The notes under the pieces: model-generated
The model's input: the letters and a program-made list of their open reading frames with translations, nothing else
What the model was told of the DNA's origin: nothing
Database searches by the model: none
Program-made: the position numbers and the translations under genes
Assembly: GCA_963761305.1 (NCBI GenBank)
Contig: CAVXGK010000002.1
Location: 960,001 to 1,024,000, forward strand
DNA length: 64,000 nt
Source: an uncultured Gemmatimonadaceae bacterium
Lineage (GTDB): Bacteria; Gemmatimonadota; Gemmatimonadetes; Gemmatimonadales; Gemmatimonadaceae
Reading direction: 5' to 3'
Shown here: one piece after another, positions 58,834 through 64,000 of the stretch
Position numbering within the stretch: the stretch's first letter is position 1
Layout of the letters: each line of letters begins with the position of its first letter

Positions 58834-60834
58834 GTGACCAGCTCGATCGTCGTCGAGACCATGTACCCGCGCCCAGCGCGCGCCGACGCCCACGCGCTGG
58901 TCCGCGAGTGGCAACTGCACGACGAGTCGACGTGGGCCTCCTCCCCGACGCCGTACGTTCGCGCGGCCGAGCAGTTCGCCGCGCGGGCGAGCCGCTCGCC
59001 GCGTACGACGCCATCGCGGAAGGCCTTCGGTATCATCCGACGAACCTGCGCCTCCGCCAGCTGCAAGGATTCACGCTCGCGCAAAGCGGCGATGCCGAGC
59101 GCGCGATCGTCGCGATGGAAGCGTTGGCGGCTGAAGGCGGACAGTCGTCCGACCAGCTCGAGGAGACGCTGGCTGCATTGGCGCGCGTCTACAAGGAACA
59201 GGCGCTTCGCCGCAGCGGCGACGAGGCGACGCGCGCCGCCGTGCGCGCGCGCGATGCGTACCTGCGCGCGCACGACGTGTCCGGCGGGTACTACAGCGGC
59301 ATCAACGCGGCGGCGCTCGACCTTCGGCTCGGCGAAGCCGAGTCGGCGCGAACGCTCGCGCGCGCTGTCGGGTCGCGGGCCGAGTCGGCGTTCGAAGGTG
59401 GACCCGCCAGCCAGAAGTATTGGGCAGCGGCAACGGTCGCAGAGTCGGCGCTCATTCTCGGTGACCAGGAACGGGCGATTCGCTGGTATGAACGCGCGCT
59501 CGAATACGGCAACGAGCCCGGCGACGTCTCCAGCACGCGACGCAACGCGCGCCTGATCATCGACGCGCTGGGTCTGGACCGCGTGCTCGTCGACGGGTTG
59601 CTCCGCGTCCGCGTTCGCCTCCATCGTCGGGGCCGCGTCGTTCTCGGCGGACGGACCATTTCCCGCTGCGCTGGAAACCGAATTGTCGGCATTGATCGCG
59701 CGACGACTCGCCGACGACGACGTGCGATTCGCGTACTCGTCCGGCGCGGCGGGTACGGACATCCTCCTCCTGGAGTGCGTAGAGCAGCGCGGCGGGCGAA
59801 CGCACATCGTCCTGCCGTACGGGCCGGACGAATTCATCCCCGATCGTGTGGCTCGCGACGGCGCGGGCCCGTGGCGCGACCGCTTCGATCGGGCCGTCGC
59901 CAACGCCGACGAGGTCGTGGTCGCCACCGACCGTCGGTTCACCGTCGGCACGTCGCTTCACGAATACGCCGAGCGGCTGCTGTTCGGTCTCGCGCGCGTG
60001 CAAGCGCTGGCGCTCGACACGGAGCTCGTTCCCTTCGTCGTGATCGACGAAGGGGCGAACGCGAGCGACGTGGACCGCGCCGTGACGACACTGCGCGATC
60101 GCGGGCAAAAGCCGATCGTCGTCGACGTCGCGTCGATGCGCGGCGTGCGCGTTGCGCAGTCGTCGCCGGCAGGGTCGTCCGCGCCGAGCGACTGGGCAGC
60201 CGACACGCGCATCCTCGGCATTCTCTTCGCCGACGTCGTGCACTCGAGCCAGCTCACCGACGACCAACAGCCGCTGCTCGTGAAGCACTTTCTCGGGCGC
60301 ATCGGACGCCTGGCGCGCGAATCGCCGAACCGGCCGGCCTGGAAGAACACCTGGGGCGACGGGCTGTACATGGTATTCGACGACGTTGGTCGCGCCGGCC
60401 GGTTCTCGCTCGAGCTGCGCGACGTGATCACCGGAACGAACTGGCTCGACTACGGTCTGCCGCGACACCTCACGATGCGCATCGGGCTCCACGCCGGTCC
60501 GATATTCTCATATGAGGATCCCATCACGGGATATCAGAACTTCACCGGGCGGCACACCATTCGGGGCGCGCGAATCGAGCCGGTGACGCTGCCCGGCCAG
60601 GTCTACGCGAGCCGCGAGTTCACCGCGCTGGCGGCGGCCGGCTTCGCCGACGACTTCACGTGCACACCGGTCGGGCGCGTCACGCTCGCCAAGAACGCCG
60701 CGACGACGTCGTTGTTCGTGGTCGAGTGGGCGAGTCGCCCGGTGGACGCGACTCGCGGCGACGCTACGACGCCGTCACTGGAGGGGGCGACGACGCGCGC
60801 CGAACAGCCCGCAGCATCAGCTGGCCCAGGCTGA
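58834..60834 (+). CDS. TPR (TRAF-binding/DUF4071-like) + SLOG-like + class III nucleotidyl cyclase (frameshifts near 58978 and 59610)
   Basis: GEPLAAYD, YYSGINAA, YWAAATVAE TPR region; SSGAAGTD..IVLPY; ILFADVV, NTWGDG, RIGLHAGP, ARIEP..PGQVYAS. Confidence 0.82.
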
Positions 60835-61951
60835 CGACGATCATCGCCAGCCCGGCCGCGGCGAGGCAACGGCGCGGCCCGACCGACGCGACGTCGGCGA
60901 TGCGTCCGAGCAGCGGCGCGCTGCACCCCATGGCGAAGAACAGCACGACGAAATAGAGTGCCATCGCGCGGCCCCGCTCGGCGTCGGGCACGCACGCTTT
61001 CACGTCGGTGACGAGGCTCGAGTTGATGATCAGCCACGCGACGCCCGCGGCGGCGAGCGCGATACGAAGCGTCCACCCGTCGCTCACGGCGACGATCGCC
61101 GAGCTCGCGCCCAACAGCACGCACGACCAGATCCCCGCCCGCGCCAGGCCGAGGCGTCGCTGCACGGGGCCGATGATCTCGACGGCGAGCACGATGCCGA
61201 TGCCGAAGAACGACAGCAGGCGCCCGTACTCCGTCGGCGTCGCGCCGTGCTGCACGCTCGGCAGGAGCGCGAAGAGCGCGACTCCCAGGACGCCGAACAA
61301 TCCGGCACGCGTGAGAATCGACGTGTAGTCGCGAATGGCGACGATCTCGCGAGCTCCCTGCCGCAGGATGCTGCCCAAAGCCGCGGTGTTCGGGTGGATC
61401 GCCGGCCGGTCGTGCCAGCGCGCCAGCACGACGATCACCGCCACGAACGAGGCCGCATTGCAGATGAAGGCGGCGCCCATACCGAATTGCGCGATGACAT
61501 AGCCGGCGACGAGCGGCCCGACGGCGCGCGCGCAGTTGAAGGCGAGGCTGTTGAGCGCGTAGGCTTGCCCATCACGGCGCGGCAGGACCATCTCGGGGAT
61601 CACGGCGAACATCGCCGGCGTGGCGATCGCCTGCCCGACGTTCAGCAGCACCGTGAAGCCGAGAAACCGAAGCGGCGTCAGGCCGTTCGAGATCGTGACG
61701 ATCGCCAGCACGCTCGCCGCGCCGAGCATCCAGCACTGCGCGATGAGCACCACGCGGCGGCTGCCGAACAGATCCGCCGCCGCGCCGGCCGCGAACGCGA
61801 ACATCGCCATCGGGAGAAGCGTCGCCGTCTGGACGAGCGCCGGCCAGACCGCCGACGTGCTCGCACCTTTCGTGTAGATCTGACCCGCGACGTCCTGGAT
61901 GTTCGTGCCGACGTTCGAGACGAGCGCCGCCACCCAGAGGGCGCGAAACAC
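60764..61951 (-). CDS. MFS transporter
   Basis: FRALW, GAAADLFGSRR motif A, ARAVGP, RGRAMALY; about 12 hydrophobic segments; start uncertain. Confidence 0.88.
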   Translation of the reverse strand: MFRALWVAALVSNVGTNIQDVAGQIYTKGASTSAVWPALVQTATLLPMAMFAFAAGAAADLFGSRRVVLIAQCWMLGAASVLAIVTISNGLTPLRFLGFTVLLNVGQAIATPAMFAVIPEMVLPRRDGQAYALNSLAFNCARAVGPLVAGYVIAQFGMGAAFICNAASFVAVIVVLARWHDRPAIHPNTAALGSILRQGAREIVAIRDYTSILTRAGLFGVLGVALFALLPSVQHGATPTEYGRLLSFFGIGIVLAVEIIGPVQRRLGLARAGIWSCVLLGASSAIVAVSDGWTLRIALAAAGVAWLIINSSLVTDVKACVPDAERGRAMALYFVVLFFAMGCSAPLLGRIADVASVGPRRCLAAAGLAMIVVSLGQLMLRAVRRASSPPPVTAS

Positions 61952-62047
61952 CGGTTGCCGAAGTGGCGACCAGACCCCGCTGCTATGGTAGCGGTAGCGC
62001 TCTTCGAGTGGATGCCGCTCGTCGTGATGGTGCGTGGAACGCTCGAC

Positions 62048-62173
62048 CTATTTGTGGTAGAAGCGCTCGCGCACCACCCCCCCGTTCTTCCACCGGCGCA
62101 CCGCGACTGCCTCGCGCGACTTGCGTTCGATGATCAACGCATTCAGGCGCGTATCCAGTTCGAGTGTGTTCAT
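62048..62173 (-). pseudogene. 41-aa remnant of a SnoaL/NTF2-like protein (probable internal deletion)
   Basis: MNTLELDTRLNALIIERKSREA joined directly to VAVRRWKNGGVVRERFYHK*. Confidence 0.5.
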
Positions 62174-62180
62174 CTCGATC

Positions 62181-64000
62181 TCAGAAAATCAGCGGCCGGG
62201 AGGAGGGATCCGTGAGCTGCCGCACGAAATACGTGTACTCGAACGCCGTGGTGTGCGCCTGCTCGCGCAGGTTGGCCCCGGCGCCGTGGCCGCCCTCGGT
62301 CACCTCGAAGAACATGTAGGGCAGTTTCATCGCCGCCATCTTCGCGGCGAACTTGCGCGCGTGCTGCGGGCCCACGCGATCGTCCTTGGTCGTCGTCCAG
62401 ATGAGCGGCTCGGGATACTTCACGCCGGGTTTCAAGTTCTGATACGGGGAGATCGACGCGAGAAACGCGCGTTCCGCTGGCACCGACACGCTGCCGTACT
62501 CGCCGACCCACGACGCGCCGGCATCGATCTGTTCGTACCGGAGCATGTCGAGCAACGGGACCTCGATGTCCACCGCGCCCCAGAGCTCCGGATGCTGTGT
62601 CATCTCCACGCCCATCAACAATCCCCCGTTCGATCCACCGCGAATGCCAAGCCGCCGAGGACTCGTGATCTTGCGCGTGATGAGATCCTGCGCGACGGCC
62701 GCGAAGTCGTCGTAGATCACCTGGCGGTGCGTCTTGAGGCCGGCCTCGTGCCAGGCCGGTCCGAACTCGCCGCCGCCGCGGATGTTCGCCAGCACGAACA
62801 CGCCGCCGTGCTCCAGCCAGAGCTTTCCGAGCGACCCCGAGTAGAACGGCGTCGACGAGACCTCGAATCCACCGTACGCGTTCAGGATCGTCGCGTTGGA
62901 GCCGTCGAGCTTGATCGACTTCGGACGAATGACGAAATACGGCACCTTCGTCCCGTCCTTCGAGGTCGCCTCGAGTTGCTCGACCGTGTCGCGCGCCGCG
63001 TCGAATTGCGCGCGCAGCGACTTGGCGACGTCGATCGACCCGGCGTGCGCGTCGGCCAGCCACACGCTGCTCGGCGTGAGAAATCCGGCGACGTTCACGA
63101 ACGCGTCGTTCCCGTGCACGTCGGCGTCGGTGACCGTCGTCGCGAGATTGTCCGGCAGCGGCAGGCGGGTCCGCGTCCAGGCGCCGTTTGCGCCGCGCGC
63201 GAAGACGTACGTACGGCCGCGCACGTTCTCGTAGATGCTGGCGACGAGCCGATCGCGCGTCGCCGCCGCGTTCTCGACCGACTCGCGCGGGCCGGGTTCG
63301 AACACGGCCACCGGCGCGAGATGCGATGGATCCGTCGCCGCCTTCGCCAGATCGAACGACGCGAGCGAACCGGTGCGAATGTGCGTCGTGCCTTCGCTCC
63401 ACGCCTCGGAGAGCTTCACGATCACCTGTCCGTCGACCATCGCGATCGGGCCGGACTTGAGCGGTATCGCGAGCCGGCGCACGCCCGAGGATCCGACCAT
63501 GAAATACTGCGTCTCGAAGAAGCTGGTGGATTGACCGATCAAGACGGCGCGATGTCCGGTCCCGTCGTCGAGCGTGAACGGCGACGTCGAGACGTCCTTG
63601 GCGGTGCCGCGGTACACCTCGACGGCCTTCGCCAGCGGCTGGCCGCGCACGACGCGCTTCACGATGTACGGATATCCCGACGCGGTGAGCTCGCCCTTGT
63701 TCCATTCGCGTGACACCAGCAACGTGTCCTCGCCGACCCAGGCCACGTTCTGCTTGCCATGCGGCAGCGTGAATCCGTCCTTCGGAAACGCGCGCGTGCC
63801 GAGGTCGAATTCGCGGACGGTCGACGCGTCTTCACCGCCGTCCGACAGGGTAAGCAAGCAGCGACGCTCAGCCGGCAGCGCGCAGTCGGCGCCTTGCCAC
63901 ACCCAATTCGCTTTCTCGGCTTTGGCGAGCGAGTCGAGGTCGAGCACCGTCGTCCACTGCGGCGACGCGGTGCGATAGCTCGACAGCGTGGTGCGCCGCC
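62181..64000 (-). CDS. Prolyl oligopeptidase (S9A), 5' end beyond the window
   Basis: SKDGTKVPYF, YGGF, ANIRGGGEFG, GGSNGG, DDRV, GGHG. Confidence 0.95.
   Translation of the reverse strand, partial: RRTTLSSYRTASPQWTTVLDLDSLAKAEKANWVWQGADCALPAERRCLLTLSDGGEDASTVREFDLGTRAFPKDGFTLPHGKQNVAWVGEDTLLVSREWNKGELTASGYPYIVKRVVRGQPLAKAVEVYRGTAKDVSTSPFTLDDGTGHRAVLIGQSTSFFETQYFMVGSSGVRRLAIPLKSGPIAMVDGQVIVKLSEAWSEGTTHIRTGSLASFDLAKAATDPSHLAPVAVFEPGPRESVENAAATRDRLVASIYENVRGRTYVFARGANGAWTRTRLPLPDNLATTVTDADVHGNDAFVNVAGFLTPSSVWLADAHAGSIDVAKSLRAQFDAARDTVEQLEATSKDGTKVPYFVIRPKSIKLDGSNATILNAYGGFEVSSTPFYSGSLGKLWLEHGGVFVLANIRGGGEFGPAWHEAGLKTHRQVIYDDFAAVAQDLITRKITSPRRLGIRGGSNGGLLMGVEMTQHPELWGAVDIEVPLLDMLRYEQIDAGASWVGEYGSVSVPAERAFLASISPYQNLKPGVKYPEPLIWTTTKDDRVGPQHARKFAAKMAAMKLPYMFFEVTEGGHGAGANLREQAHTTAFEYTYFVRQLTDPSSRPLIF

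Noticed and set aside
54710..60834. Calling the locus canonical Pycsar, CBASS or Thoeris
   Set aside because: No cNMP-binding effector, CD-NTase, TIR or Sir2 domain is recognisable
39600..64000. Integrative element or prophage
   Set aside because: No integrase, transposase, tRNA, att repeats or phage genes seen, and no obvious composition shift by eye

Overview
High-GC bacterial chromosome segment. Gene content and order suggest Gemmatimonadota (inference, not searched). About 1-39.4 kb is mostly housekeeping: gatCAB, pcrA/uvrD, serS, manC, groESL with a perfect CIRCE, coaX-birA-uppP-bshA-miaA-mutL, a MoxR/DUF58/Bat operon, scpAB-rluB, rpsT and pyrRBC. About 39.6-64 kb is accessory: BlaI/M56 pair, two ATPase-less duplicated MacB/FtsX (ADOP-type) permeases (one with PadR), a serine hydrolase, gene remnants, an MFS transporter and a prolyl oligopeptidase. 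The most interesting locus is 54.7-60.8 kb. A SLOG + two 2TM (SLATT-like) membrane protein is divergently transcribed from an operon encoding an Ig-like lipoprotein, a secreted/outer-membrane protein and a TPR + SLOG-like + class III nucleotidyl cyclase with non-canonical specificity residues. This is a candidate nucleotide second-messenger defence/conflict system. Single-base frameshifts in essential gatA and in that locus suggest assembly indel errors. Dispersed 8-bp and 16-bp tandem repeat families occur, and one appears inside the MutL linker. No rRNA, tRNA, CRISPR array, integrase or transposase was recognised.
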